From contig OX597817.1 of NCBI GenBank assembly GCA_951406725.2, positions 18,662,001 to 18,726,000 on the forward strand: a DNA stretch of 64,000 nucleotides, read 5' to 3'. Source of the stretch: Octopus vulgaris (Eukaryota). The position numbers and the translations under genes were made by a program. How positions within the stretch are numbered: the stretch's first letter is position 1; each line of letters starts with the position of its first letter. A model generated the notes under the pieces. It was given only the letters and a program-made list of their open reading frames with translations. It had not been told where the DNA came from and searched no databases. This document shows, in pieces, positions 27,501 to 42,100 of the stretch.

Positions 27501-28240
27501 CTTCGTATATATACTGTGGTAAAAACGACTTGAAAGAAAAAATAAAACAAAAGTTTTATTCATACCAACATTCGCACGTTTGCACACACACACACACACA
27601 CACACATATGTATGTATATGCGTATACATAAATATATTGATACATACATACATACATAAAAATACACATACGCAGGCGCGCACGCACACACACACACTCA
27701 GACATGAAATTTTTTATAACTTACCCGAAGTTTTAATTATATTTTATAGCTGTAACTTATACACCTGAAAATTTAGTATTGATTTTTTTAACGTACGACA
27801 GTAACCAATGCAAGTCAAACGCTCGACATTTTCCTAGCACCTATCGTTCTTCTTGAAGTTTAATTATTTCCAGGTTAAACGTAGTTCTACAGACGTATGA
27901 TGACAAATACTCTACGGAAAATACCTCAGATTTCTTAAGGCATCATAACGTTTATTTTTAGGACAGAAGAATGTGAAATAAGGGAAATTTTGGTTTCTAT
28001 TTCTTGTAAATTGACCAGAGCGTAGAAAGACCGAATGTATTAAGTATACTGCCTCTTGCAAATGGGGAAAATATATCGTTATTGGTGTGAAATATGCTTC
28101 TTTTCATCACTGATAATTATCCTTTATTAGCTTTACATTTTTATTGCTATATCCCTATTCAAATACTTTGCCTTTGTTTCAGTTTATTTTCAAAATAAAA
28201 AACTAAGTAAAATAAATATGCCATAAGGAATCAAGTGATT

Positions 28241-28429
28241 AGGCGCAGTGTTGGTGTGTGGTAAAAAGCTTGCTTCCCAACCACATGATTCCGGTTTCAG
28301 TCCCACCGCGTGGCACCTTGGGTAAGTGTCTTCTATTATAGCCTCTGGACTACCAAAGCCTTGTGAGAGTGTATTTGGTAGACGGAAACTGAAAGAAGTC
28401 CGTCGTATATATATATATATATATATATG

Positions 28430-28494
<65 letters not shown>

Positions 28495-29150
28495 TATATA
28501 TATATATATACTATATATATATATCTACTATATAAAATCCGTTCTGTCTGTCTGTGTGTGTCTTCTAGGATCCCGGGCACCCTCCATCCGATTGCACTCA
28601 AACTTAATATGTAGATACCGACGGTATCAGGACGTGTATAAGTCTTTAAAAAATTACAAAAATCGATTCTAGATGAGAATGCGAACGATAAAGCCGTGGG
28701 ATTGTGCATTTGTACGCGCAAGTACGTCATCGATAGATACTACGCATAGGCGAGAAAATTTCTCGTTGTCTCAAATTTAGGTTTATGTTTCTCAAAGCGG
28801 AGGCCCATGAGACGGTCGGACAACCTGTTTTGAGAAAATTTGGTTTAAATGTTTTACAATTCAGCACCGTCCATTGGACGGGGGGGGGGGGGGCTTTTGC
28901 TCGTATGTATATATATATATGTATTTGTATATATTTTGTGCATGTTTCTGTGTTTATCTCCCCTACCATCGCTTGACAGCCGATGATGGTGTGTTCACGT
29001 CCCCATAATATAGCGGTTCGGCAAAAGAAACTGATAGAATAAGTATTAGGCTTACAGAGAATAAGTCCTGGGGTCGATTTGTTCGACTAAAGGCGGTGCT
29101 CCATCATGACCGCAGTCAAATGACTGAAACAAATAAGAGTATAAAAGAAA
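28241..29150 (+). mobile_element. SINE family A split by a Helitron
   Basis: Head and body at 28241-28406, tail at 28930-29150. Confidence 0.88.
28524..28903 (+). mobile_element. Non-autonomous Helitron
   Basis: Starts A|TCTACTATATAAAA; subterminal hairpin ccgtcc-att-ggacgg (28867-28881); ends CTCG|T (CTRR-like); no TSD. Confidence 0.7.
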
Positions 29151-30944
29151 GGAATAACATACATTAACATGAACTTTTGATAGCTATTGGTTTTATATGG
29201 GCAATATAGAATTCCTTTAGAAAACTTATTATTTGAACACGTTTTCTTGAGGTACGTCTGTTAGAAAAAAGTCGGAATTGAAGGTAAAGTTTGTACCAGA
29301 AGGATTTTTACGTAAATTGGTTTGGAAGAACTTGTTTTTGTTTTGTGGATTGAACCCTTTACTAATCGTTAAGGATTCAGTCACCCAAATGAAATACGCA
29401 CTTCAATACCGCAGTGAATATTCACTTGAAATAACAGCAGTAAGGATTAATGTGAGTTAACTTTCTTAGCGAGGTACGCGTTGCAACCAGAGTTGTATAT
29501 GAACCGTGAACACTTCAAATAGTAGTATAATAACTTATCGATTTCACTAGCTTTTACTAAAACATTTTGACTATTTAATATTAACGAATGTATTCTTCAC
29601 TTAAAAATAATTATTATCTCTTTATTGTTCCAATTGTAAATTCAAATAATAGGAAGAAAAGATAAGAATGAATAAAAATATGGTTTAAATAGATTTCCTC
29701 GCGAAAAACCCCCAAGTTAAACTATAAAAAGAGAAAGAATGAATAAAATTAATTTATGTGAAATTTGTAAAAATGTCTACTTCCATAGAATTTTCATAGA
29801 ACATTTTCTAAAGGGACTGTTTCTCTTCGTTAGGAGAACAATGAACATAATTTTTCAAGTAGAATAAAAATTTGTGAATTCTATTGTTTTTAAGACGTCG
29901 GAAACTTTTAGAAACCACAAGAAGTTAACACCATCGCGAAATAAAACAATTACTCTCCGTTTCATTTAAATAAGCGATAAGTGGAATATAAGAGGCATGA
30001 ACAAATTTCTTCTTGTTTAGATAAGTAGAAGCGACAAACTATGACAGAGCAAAATAGAAGTTTTATAAACCACTTACAGGCAAGATGTATTTTGAAATTA
30101 TTTTTCAATCATAAAAATTATATTTTTGTATTTCTTTAAATATTTGAAGAAGATACTGGAGTGTTTCAATAATTGGATTTTAAATTCATAACAAGAATAA
30201 CAATAATAAGAGATAATAAGAAAATAATTAGCCATCAACAATTCTTATTAAATATCATACTCAATATGGTAGGTGTAATTAAGTGAACCGGTTGAGAAAA
30301 CATTAAAAAAAAATTGAAAACGATAAATGACCAATAAAATTGAATAATTGCATTTGCATTGACGAAAAAAGCAAGAAACCCAACAACAATATAACAATTA
30401 TTTCTTATATAAACATGACACCTATGAATTATAGACAGAAAGAAATATAAAATTATTTCTTTTTTGCATTCATTTGAATATTATGCTTCGCAAATTAAGC
30501 TAGGTGAAGTTCTGTTCATATTGCTTTCTTTTTCAATTCTAGAAACGGTGGTGCATCGGACTAAAATAATTTAATATATTCATGCAATTCTTCAGAAAAA
30601 AAAAATGCGGCTTCTTTAGAGACATAATTATATATTTACGGACGGTGACATAGTTGAAAGAATTCTCGCCATTACTCTGTGGCACTCATCTTATATCGAA
30701 TGATATCGAAAATAGAGATCCGTAGAAATTAAATTCATGTCGTAGATTAACGAAACTAAATTTTCAAAGCGCATTAGCGTTTCGTCAGTCTAATTGGTCT
30801 CACTCCCGTGAGTCTCTTTAAATGATTTAATTGCCGTAAACCTCAGTAATTCATTCCGCAAATATTCTAAATGCGAGAAATGCTTAAGAGCGACAATCGT
30901 GTCGTTTTACCAGCAGTATTAGCTAGTTATTTCCTCACCAAGTA

Positions 30945-30983
30945 GTATATGTACATGCATACGTACATATATACATACATACA

Positions 30984-31033
<50 letters not shown>

Positions 31034-31083
31034 TACATACATACATGTATATATACATATATATATGTGTGTATGTGTGTGTG

Positions 31084-31156
<73 letters not shown>

Positions 31157-31195
31157 GTATATTTGTGTGTGTGTGTGTTTGTGTGTTTGTGTGTA
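30945..31195. repeat. Compound TA/TG microsatellite
   Basis: Direct reading. Confidence 0.95.
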
Positions 31196-31475
31196 AGATC
31201 CAGCGATCGAGGTGTAGAAAGAAAGTTAGCTTCGAGCAATCCGTAGTGAATATGAAGAAAAAAAGACCTTTCAGAACCAATAGTGGCTTATTATAACGGA
31301 AGACTGCAATTTTTTTTTTCTTTTTTCGATGAATGATGAGCTGGAAAAATTATTTCTTTTTATAGTCAAGTGTGCGAAAAAGAATACAAAAGTTATGGAA
31401 TGGAGTGTGGGAAATCCGGGCTATGTATGTTTCATAGCTAGTGGAACTTCAAAAGTGGTAAACTACAAGTGAGAT

Positions 31476-31712
31476 ATACCTATTTCTTTATTACCCACAA
31501 GGGGCTAAACATAGAGGAGACAAACAAAGACAGACATAGGTATTAAGTCGATTACATCGACCCCAGTGCGTAACTGGTACTTAATTTATCGACTCCGAAA
31601 GGATGAAAGGCAAAGTCGACCTCGGCGGAATTTGAACTCAGAACGTAGCGGCAGACGAAATACCGCTAAGCATTTCGCCCAGCGTGCTACCGATTCTACC
31701 AGCTCGCCATCT
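31476..31712 (-). mobile_element. SINE family B
   Basis: Full-length reverse complement copy. Confidence 0.92.
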
Positions 31713-31936
31713 TGATTAGATTTAAGGCTACATTGTCACAAGGAGGTACATGTTGATGCAAAGATTCAATCAGAAAGTGTGGCGGGCACAGTATGTGAGG
31801 GGTATATAAATGAGGGGAGGAATAAGTAATAGAAGAAGAAAAGAAAGAAGAGTAAAAAAAGAAATAAAGAAAACAAAATAAAATATAGGGGAGTGAGAGA
31901 AAGAACGAAATGGACGGATCGGTGGTAGATAATATA

Positions 31937-32394
31937 TATTTCTTTACTACTCACAAGAGGCTAAACATAGAAGGGACTAACAAGGACAGACGAAGGGATT
32001 GAGTCGATTATATCGCCCCAATGCGAAACTGATACTTTATTTATCGACCCCGAAAGGATGAAAGGCAAAGTTGACCTCGGCGGAATTTGAACTCAGAACG
32101 TAACGACAGACAAAATACCTATTTCTTTATTACCCACAAGGGGCTAAACACAGAGGGGACAAACAAGGACAGACATAGGTATTAAGTCGATTACATCGAC
32201 TCCAGTGCGTAACTGGTACTTAATTTATCGACCCCGAAAGGATGAAAGGCAAAGTCGACCTCGGCGGAATTTGAACTCACAACGTAACGCAGACGAAATA
32301 CCGCTAAGCATTTCGCCCGGCGCGCTAACGTTTCTGCCAGCTCGCCGCCTTTCGCTAAGCATTTCACCCGGCGCGCTAACGTTTCTGCCAGCTC
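31937..32394 (-). mobile_element. SINE family B multimer (duplicated head, two tandem bodies)
   Basis: Bodies 31937-32119 and 32120-32350; cgctaagcattt..cccggcgcgctaacgtttctgccagctc repeated at 32302 and 32353. Confidence 0.9.
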
Positions 32395-32921
32395 TAGTAG
32401 ATTCAGCTTAATCACAGAATTCAATGGTAGGATTGGCATTTGAAGAGAAGAGAACTTGGCGGGGAATGGGTGGGGAAATATTTTTGGTTGTGGGAGACAA
32501 AAGAAAGAATGTACGAATAAAGCAAGGTAGGGTGGGGAGTATAAGCACGGTTAATAGTTTTATGGTCAACAGGCGTAAATTGGTACAAGAAGAGAAAAAA
32601 TGTATGTAGAAAGAGTGTATGTAGGCGTATGTATTTCTAAGTTTACGGGTGGAAGGGTTGGGGGAAGTAGTAGAAAGATAAGAAGAGAAGAATATTTTAG
32701 GTAGTAAGTATAAATACGGATAGAAAATTGTAACTGACGATTAAAGAATTAAAAGGGGATAAAAAATATTGTTGGTTTAATACGCAATGGTAGCGAGGGT
32801 GGGTGAGTGGGGAAAAAGATATATGAGAGTTATGGGGAGACAAGAGCTGGGGGGGGGGGTGTAATTATTTGTATTTCGAGAACAAATTGAGTAGTGCTAT
32901 TGTTAATCTTAATTTTTCTAT

Positions 32922-33125
32922 GAGGCGGCGAGCTGGCAGAATCGACAACACACCGGCCAACATGCTCAATAGAATTTTTTGCGTTCTGGGTTCAAATTTC
33001 ACTGAAGTCGACTTTTGCCTTTCATTTTTTCGGGATCGATAAATTAAATGCCAATTGAACACTGTAAGGTGTAATCCACTCATACCCTCCCCAACATCGC
33101 TGGCCTTTTTCTAAAATTTGGAATC
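32922..33125 (+). mobile_element. SINE family B, diverged
   Basis: aggcggcgagctggcagaatcg...gtcgacttttgcctttcat. Confidence 0.85.
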
Positions 33126-33727
33126 AAACTTTCTTTTGATATCTTTTTGTGAGTTTTGTGATTACTTTCTGGAGAATGTTGGCGTAGATTCTGTCACTCC
33201 TCTAACTACTACTACTGCGTCAGCAGTTTGTTTTGGGATGTTAACTGTATTACACAGAAATCCTTTCAGCCTTTCACAAGTTATTGTCTTGATATTTTTT
33301 TTCTTAATGCTACTGTTACATCTCTACTGAACAATTCTTGGTGGGTTGTGTGTAAGTTTCAGAATTGCATTGAGAATATAGCAATATCATAAATATCAAT
33401 TCAGGGATGTAATAACTTACGAAAAGGAAACGATAAACCAAAAACAAGTACAGTATATTGTTCCGGTACTGATAACATCGGAAAAGAATAAGAACATTCC
33501 AGTGTATGCGTTGGCATAAGACTTGGAATGGCAACTTTTAGGCTGTATAAGATTAACAATTGCGCGCTCTCAACCTGGAAGTAATAAACATTTAAAAGCT
33601 TTCACTTCACAGCAATGACATAAATATGAAGACCAGGCATTATCCGCAACAAAACCGCCCGTTTTTTACAATATCAACGAAAGGAAAGAGATAAACAGTA
33701 AAAAAAAAATCAACTTACACTTATTGC

Positions 33728-34290
<563 letters not shown>

Positions 34291-34369
34291 GAACATAAGT
34301 AATCAGTAGCATTAATGCAATAGAAATAAGAATAACAGCCATTTCTATGAAGGCCATAGAAATTACTAT

Positions 34370-34620
34370 AGAAACCAGAAATCAGAAAGAATTGGTTTTA
34401 AGAAAAATGTGGAGTGCAACCTTGTCAGGGAAGCACCACCCGAAATAAATAGCAACTAAAGCAAAACAAAAAAACGAAAACAAACAAATGCAAAAGGATC
34501 TTCTTGATGTAATAATTTCATCCGATGACACTGAAGAGGTGGTAAAGAAAAAGAAGAGCTCTTGTGAGATAGCAAGGGGCACCTTAGCTTAAGACAGAAA
34601 ATAAAAATATACATATCGTT
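34370..34620 (+). mobile_element. Decayed R4/Dong RLE endonuclease fragment
   Basis: ISSDDTEEVVKKKKSSCEIA resembles ISARRPDLVIVNKKKRTCRIVD of RLE domains. Confidence 0.35.
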
Positions 34621-34959
34621 AGTTTCGGTTGAGAATCAAAGTCAAATGTTGGCCTCTGGTTGTTAGAAATAGGTACCGGACGTCCTTAACAGAAACCATT
34701 TTTTTACCGAAAGAACCTAGCACTAACCGATTGCAAACCTAATTAGTAATTATCTTATTTCCTTGACCTTATCTCTTCCTTTCTGAATAAATACTGGAGG
34801 TGGTAACCAGCGCTCGGTAACTAATTTGAATGTAGATATACAGACCTTCCTCAGTCTTGCCTCGTGAGTGTTACACGAAACGAAACCAAACAAAAAAAAT
34901 TACAGGCTAGTTGAAAGGTTACCCACTTCCCGCCCCATTTATGAGAAAAGTTTCAAGAT

Positions 34960-37900
34960 TTGAATCTAAACCTAATCACAATGGAACTGGTACTTTTCGG
35001 GATGGTGTTGTGCGTCCGGCAGGTGTGTAGAACAGCTGTGCAGGCCCAGTCGTAATAAGGCTACCACTGATAAAAATTGACAAAAACATTAGTTTGCTCA
35101 AAATAGAAATGAGATGATTAGATCTCTGGAGAGAACGTTCCCACCAAGGCGATCTGAAGGATGTGAGTGAAAAAAGGATGACTGACAAATTAAGAAAGCG
35201 GAGCGGTTAAAAAAGGTAAAACAAGATAAAATTACAGGATAATCGTATGTAACTTTTGCAGGGAGCAGAAGTTACATACGAAACACAAATTGTACGAGAG
35301 AATCAACAGGGCTTCGATATGGAATGAAGACATATATCAACAGTAGAGAACCACAGCGCACATTTAGCTGAAGAACCACAGGAAAAGATATAATAAGAGC
35401 TAGTTGCTCCCCGTAATAGAATGCTAGAAGTGATACGACTTAAAGACAAGAAGGGGTTCTTATAATTGAAGTCATGCGATAGAGCAGCGCTGAGATCAGA
35501 AGTTGGGAACGTGAACGAAGTAGTTCTTAGAATTCAAACTAGAGACATCTGAAAGTTGAATTCTTGAATGTATATCACTGCATATGTCACCTTGGAGAAA
35601 AAGGGGGTATTTTGAAGAAAAAGAAAGAAAATGGAAGTGAAGAGCCTTTCTGGAAAATCAAAACATCGATAAATGGATAAATGATTTGAATAAGATCGAG
35701 ACGGTAAAACGAAGAAATGTGTGACAGACAAAAGCTGCAGAATCGTGTGAGTAGGAAATACTACATGGAAATTAATTGAACTTTGTATATCTCACATATG
35801 CTACAACAGAAGAGCAAAGCATGTGTAATTATGAACAAGAGGTACAAAGAAATGTGCCTAGAGTTCAAATAATGCCAACTGTTTAGAACAAACCAGAAAA
35901 TATTCTATGGAACTCTAGAAGGAGGGAGAGAGTCGCCTGACCCCACAGAAGCAACGCCCTTTTTGGAGCAAGATCTGGTTAGAGAAAATCAAATACAATG
36001 AGAAGAAACTTGACTTGAAAACTTGAGATAGGAATATTGTGACATAGAGGCGTATGTGGGTATTACCTTCACAATAGGAGATATATGAACTGGAGTCAGT
36101 AAAATTCCCATTTGAAAAGTAGCCGGTCCTTCAGGAAATTTAGATTCATAAGAGTCCTTAATTTCCCTCCTAAACTGCAGGAGTTCCTGCATGACTGTGC
36201 GTAACAAGAACTTTTACCATGGTGGATGGTTAGAAGCGGAACAATGCTCTCTTGAAAGATCCACTTGGGGGAACTGAGTCTTGTAACTACGGCCCGATTG
36301 CATACTTACCCAATATGTTGAAACTTCCTTTCTGGAGTAGTGTGTAAAAATCTGTATGAACACTTGTAAGAAATCGACTGCAAGCTGATGAACATAAATA
36401 CCCCAGAAAGACATCAAAAGGAATTGCATTACTTGTAGATAATGCAATTCTAAAGAACTTGTCAATGGCTCGGATTGATTACAGAAAGGCACATGGCATG
36501 GTGCCTCATTCGGTTATTCTGAAATGCTTGGAGATGGTTGGAGCATCTAATATGATATCTTTTGTTAGCAACACTATGATGAACTGAAAGACAGTTTTGA
36601 CAACAAGAAGAGTGATCTTGGACAGGTGAACAGGAATATTTCAAGGACTTTCAGTGTCATCCTTTGCGTGTTTGTTGTTATCATGTTACCACCAGCACTA
36701 GTTTTGAAGAAGATGAGGGCTGGCTACAGACTGCAGAAGAAGAGAAATAATTACACGCATATTGTTCGCGGACGATCTTGAGCTTTACGGGGCCAGCAGA
36801 GATTAAGCTTTACACACGTGTTCAGGCGAAGCCATACGAATTTTCTTACAGAACATCCGGATGTCGTTTGGTTTAGGTAAGTGTACTGTCCTAGATATGA
36901 GAGTTCATGGGGTAGAGCGTCCGGACGACAATTATTTTAGATGATTAGACAGAGAAGCATAGAAGTAAATTCGTATATTTCAATTAGACCAGACAATAAA
37001 CAACAAAACGAAGGGCAAGATCATATCAGAATAAATGAGAAGAGTGAAGAAGCTATTATAGATCCAAGCGGAATGGTGGCAATGTGACCAGAAACATAGG
37101 CATGGTTCGCTACAGTGTAGAAGTTGTGAAATGAAGAAAAATAGGAATTGGTAAGATGGACAGAACTAGAAAACAAGTGTCGTGCTCGGGTGCCTTCGTA
37201 TGAGAAATAATGTAGCAAGGCTTTATCTACTTAGGAAGGTCGGATAAAACGGATTCATTGAAATAGAAGAGTGTAAGAAGGAGAGTAAATCACTGCATGC
37301 GAGAGCAAGCGATGAATGGATGTTGCATGTCGAATTAAGAGAAATAGAACATCCAGGAGTACAAAATGTGGACTTATGAGGAAAAGACAACATCTGAAAA
37401 GATAAAGTGCTACACAGAATTTATCCAACTATTATCAGATGTAGCTGATGAAGAAACGTCGCAATGGTTGATGGATTTTTAAAGGAGACAAAAGACGTTA
37501 TTCTTTTTGTCCAAGAACAAATATGCAATCTAACAGAGTATTGATAAGACAACAAAAACGCTTCCGTAGAGATTGTTCGGAAACTTATTGGAAATAATCA
37601 GATGTAGTTTGTGTATGTTTAAAGAAAACCGAGGAGAACAGAAAACGCCATGACACAGTCGCAGTGCAGGTAAACTGGGAGAGGTACAAGGTGTGTGCTG
37701 ACAATTAGCACGAAGATCAAACCTTTTGTGTCGCAGAGAAACTATGTTGAGATATGACAGTGTACAGGGGTAAAAAGCTGCAAAATAATCGACCAGATAT
37801 CACTCTCCTAAAGAAAGAGACCAGAGCATGGATCTTCATAGAAACAGTGATGTCTGCAGTTAAGAACATTGTGAAAACAGAGAATGGGGAAGTCGTTATG

Positions 37901-38230
37901 TATCAGGAAAGTGGCATTTGAAGTGGAGCATATTCATACCACAGAGCCTCGTGTGGCAGTATACTATTCATCATGCTCAATACAATGAGAATAATCTCAA
38001 TAGAAATAAAAAGCTGGTTTGAGAAGGTCTAGCAAACACCACTAGAACTGCATTATTGATGGTCATACTGGGAACTGCATCTGTGTGGAAGTAAGTGTTG
38101 CCTCTTGAAGTACAGGAAGGAGCTGAGACATGAGGTTGATAACTCAAGGAACAACAAAACTAGTAAGAAACGCATAGTATTAATGATGATAGACTCTCCC
38201 GTCGAAGACGATGTACGAGAGTTCAGCTTT
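34960..38230 (+). mobile_element. Near-full-length decayed R4/Dong-clade LINE
   Basis: Frameshifted motifs in order: (W)KVAGP, NYGPIAYLP, KNLSMARIDYRKAHGMVPHSVILKCLEM, LFADDLELYG, FGLGKC, KRHDTVA, NRPDI, LGTA. Confidence 0.88.
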
Positions 38231-38279
38231 GTGTGGAACGACTTACTCAAATAATCTGTTTATAATGATCAAATGCACG

Positions 38280-38482
38280 TGCTGTATATTAGCTCACACA
38301 CTCCATCAAATCAACGTTGTCCGAACAGGTGCACGGTGTATCATTTGTCAGGTGTCGAAGTGATCGCAGAGCAACGTGAGATGAAGCACCTTGCTCAACA
38401 ACACAAAGCACCACCCGGTCTAGGAATTGAAACCACGATCTTGTGGTTGTGAGTGCAACATCCTAACAACTTGGCGTGCACT
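38280..38482 (-). mobile_element. tRNA-derived SINE (CORE-like)
   Basis: Reverse complement gttgttaggatgttgcactcacaacc..gtggtttcaattcctagaccggg..ttgagcaaggtgcttcatctcacgttgctc. Confidence 0.7.
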
Positions 38483-38487
38483 CTCAG

Positions 38488-38506
38488 ATAATAATAATAA
38501 TGATAC

Positions 38507-38571
<65 letters not shown>

Positions 38572-38613
38572 TTAATAGTAAAAGTAACAACAACAACAGC
38601 AACAACAATAATA
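38488..38613. repeat. (AAT)n/(AAC)n microsatellite
   Basis: Direct reading. Confidence 0.97.
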
Positions 38614-38618
38614 AATAG

Positions 38619-39180
38619 CCTGATGCAGTGCCAGACATGGCTCTCATGGCTTTTGATCTTAACTGATTAGAAGTGTTTTCATGTACATTGTTTTGTCTTG
38701 GTATTAAAGATGGGCTACAGCAAATATTCTGCTCAATACCACAGGTTGACCTGTCAGTTGTTTGACCTTAACCTGCTGAGCATGTGCCCTAGTGTCTAAC
38801 GATATGTGTATCTCTTATCACGTACAGAAGTAGTGGGGGAGCATCCTAGCCATGTGTTGAGAGGGATTCTTTGAGATATTGATAATTCACATGAGGAAAC
38901 ATTGGTGTTTCATTCAACATCCTTAAAGAACCCTTATTCAGGGGCCTTTTGAGTGGGATGGGCTACTCGACTAGAAGAAGATACTAACTGGGTCCCACCT
39001 GTAAGATCATGCGCTGTTTATTTTGATATGGGATCACCATGTGGCGCACATATGGTTGTGATGCATGTGCCTGGTGTACCCTTATCAGAAGGGTAGCCAC
39101 GATGCGTATACTGGGCTTCGTGTATTTTGTCCCAGTGTAACTTTGATGGCATGCACTACTCTCTCACTCAATAATAATAG
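38619..39180 (+). mobile_element. SINE-like retroposon with (AAT) tail
   Basis: Ends gatggcatgcactactctctcactc-aataataat and is flanked by AAT arrays; resembles an abundant octopus repeat from recall, unverified. Confidence 0.55.
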
Positions 39181-42100
39181 TAATGGTAATGATAATCTTT
39201 TTTTTTTATTATAGTCGAAATACCTGAGATATGGTGTGAAGAAATTGTCCGATTACATCGTTAAACAACGGCCATTATATACTTATTATAAATGTAACAT
39301 CACTTGGTTTCGAAATTATGGTCACTAAACTAATGTTGAGTGCACATCTTTAAAACATTTACTTGGCAACATATACCTCAAGTATTCTCAGAAAGTTGGC
39401 TATGAATAATTTTTTATTATTATTAGGGAAAAGAATAATTTTATTTTACTTAGTTTTATAAATTCTTCATTTCCATCGCTCATCTTTTGAGAGATCTTTG
39501 GCACAGCTACTGAATTCTGTCCCCATTGGAATATTTCCTTTATCCAGAAAGAAGGAAACAATGATTTCATGCCAAGTTTTCTAAATATGACTTTAGGACA
39601 ACGAACGGAATAGAATGAATAGTCAAAAGTTTTAATCGTATCTGGTTCTGAGTAAAGAATAAATTCAATAATCATGTTGGTTCTACAAATTCATTTATGC
39701 ACGCTTCGGATCTAAACGAATTTTCATATGTACATGCCTCTATCTACACCATGAAAAGTAAATCTAAGAAATATAGAAACAAACATAAAATCATATATTT
39801 ATAGATGCACATTCATTTGCACACACACACACACACACACCAACATTCACATGCACAAGCTATCTTGCAATCTAGTATTCTTACGCACTTCTAATATCAA
39901 ATTTGTAACACCTGACAGAATCTTGCAGTGTTAGTTTGTAATTCTAGTTTCTAGATATAAGTATTGAAAATGGTGTTTCTTGTCACTCTCTACTATTACA
40001 AGTACCTGGCAGTTTGGTTTTTCTGCTTAGTTGAGAAATACTTTAGGCCATAATATATGGGAACCGGCAAACATTTACAGGCAGTTATTTTATATCTTAT
40101 AATTATTATTTATTTTTAGTTGGTTTTTCAAATATGTAGATAGTCTTAGTTAAATTTTGGTGGTTTTCTTCTACTGTTTTTTGCTGTTTCAGAAAAGAAA
40201 TTTCCTTGTAGTTACGTAGTTATATTTGTTATTAAAGATGCTGGGTCGTAGCCACAGTTTCAGTTTTAAGTAAGACAACAATGTAAGCAATTGTTGTCGG
40301 CGTTTTCCATTTATTTTAATATATTGCTATGACCATTTGTATTGAGTTTTAGTATGATTAATTTACCATGACATGAATTAAATTTGTTAATGGTTGTTAT
40401 GTAGTATATACATTGTATGTTTCATTTCTAATGTATTCTGAGCTTTTTGTGCACACTGAATAACGTTTCTCTGCTTTTTCCATTTATATTTTGGCTTTAT
40501 CTGATTTGAATTCATTTTATAGCCATTATACTATTACCACAAAGCCGTCTTTGTTTCCCAGGTTACAATTACAATTCATCATTTGAAAATAATAAACGTA
40601 TCATATTAGGCATACATTACTAAGTGATGTTATTGTTGTTGTGTAGTATCAAATTGGCCCTGAATTAGAAGTGAAGGCCTGGGGCGATTTTGCATTACTG
40701 TTTTCTTTTGTGAGAATTCTGCAGGGCTTATGTTCAGAAAATGTTTGATCTGGGTGAATAGTTACCGTTGGTGTGTGGGTATATACTCTCCAGTTGTTAG
40801 TATGATGTGGTATGTCCATTGTCTGAGATGCTGATTCTATTAATTATTTTGTTTAGAGTTTTACTGTTTTCATGATTTATACTGGATACCAATTTCCATT
40901 TACAAAGTTTGTTCTTTACTTTCATTGTACTTTAATTTTTGCCTTTTTATCAAGAGATATATTTGTTTTGTGCGTAGTTTAATATTGGGGCCACGGTTTT
41001 GTAGTTATCTCCAACCTTTATCAGGTTGGATAATACAATAAAATAAGTGTGGTGCAGTTTTTGTTTCCTTTTTAAATAAGATTTTTTAAAACTCTCGACG
41101 CTTTACTATTATTTTTAAAATTAAATATATGTAGTACACCACTTAAGTATGGTTATGATCGAGGTGTTGTTGAGTTATGCGAACCTTAATTCTGTCTCTT
41201 GGTGGAAGTAGTTCATTATTTTTATAGTTAGTAAACATGTTCGTATTGTCTTCTTTGATAAGGTAAAATGAATGATTGATAAGATGCTGGATGGAAGTTG
41301 ATGGTGCACTTGTATTATAGTTGTGGTAGAGTGTAGAGTAGAAACTGGTATGGAGTTGTAGCTAGCTTGATGGAAATAATCGTGTGCTGGCGAGTCGCTT
41401 AAGATGTAAAGAAAGTTTACTTGTGATGTTATAGTGTTTCTATTCTGTTAGTGTTATCACTTAATATGTTTAGTTTTAGTGGTTTGTCTTTACGTGATAC
41501 ATATACTTTCTTTTAGTTGTTTCTTCTGCTTATCTTATGCGTGAGTTTATATTAACAAGACTATGAATGCGTAACAGGAGGGAATGAGGGCTGTTTGGAC
41601 TTTCTTTGCTTTGTTTTGACATGATTTGACGTTCGTTTATATCTGCTTTAGATGCTGTGTTTGCCGTTTATATATATATTGTTCTATTCACTTTACCTTT
41701 TGAAGTATCTGTGTCGGTGGAGAGTAGTGCTTCTAGAATACTTCCATCGTATATGGCTTGTTCATGTTAAGTTGGCATGCTTATTATTGTGAAAAAAATC
41801 TTTATTCATCGAAGACGTTATATACACTATCACCGTCATGATCTCTTTTGGAATATTTTGTAAAAATGAGTTACTCAATCATTTCAGCTCGTAAGGTAGG
41901 GACATGTGTTAATAAAATTTGTTTGCTATATCAAACGTAGAAGGCTCCTAATTAACTTGAATAGTAAATGTTTATAACATGGAAGCTATATGATATCACT
42001 TAAGGAGCAATTTAGAATCAGTTGAATATATGTCAGTTCTGAGTTGGTACTAATTTTATTGTCACTAGAAATCTGAATGACAAATACGTTCAATGCAGAA

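Noticed and set aside
40000-41800. Possible Penelope RT on the minus strand
   Set aside because: Strand-skewed composition and faint motif echoes only; too decayed to support
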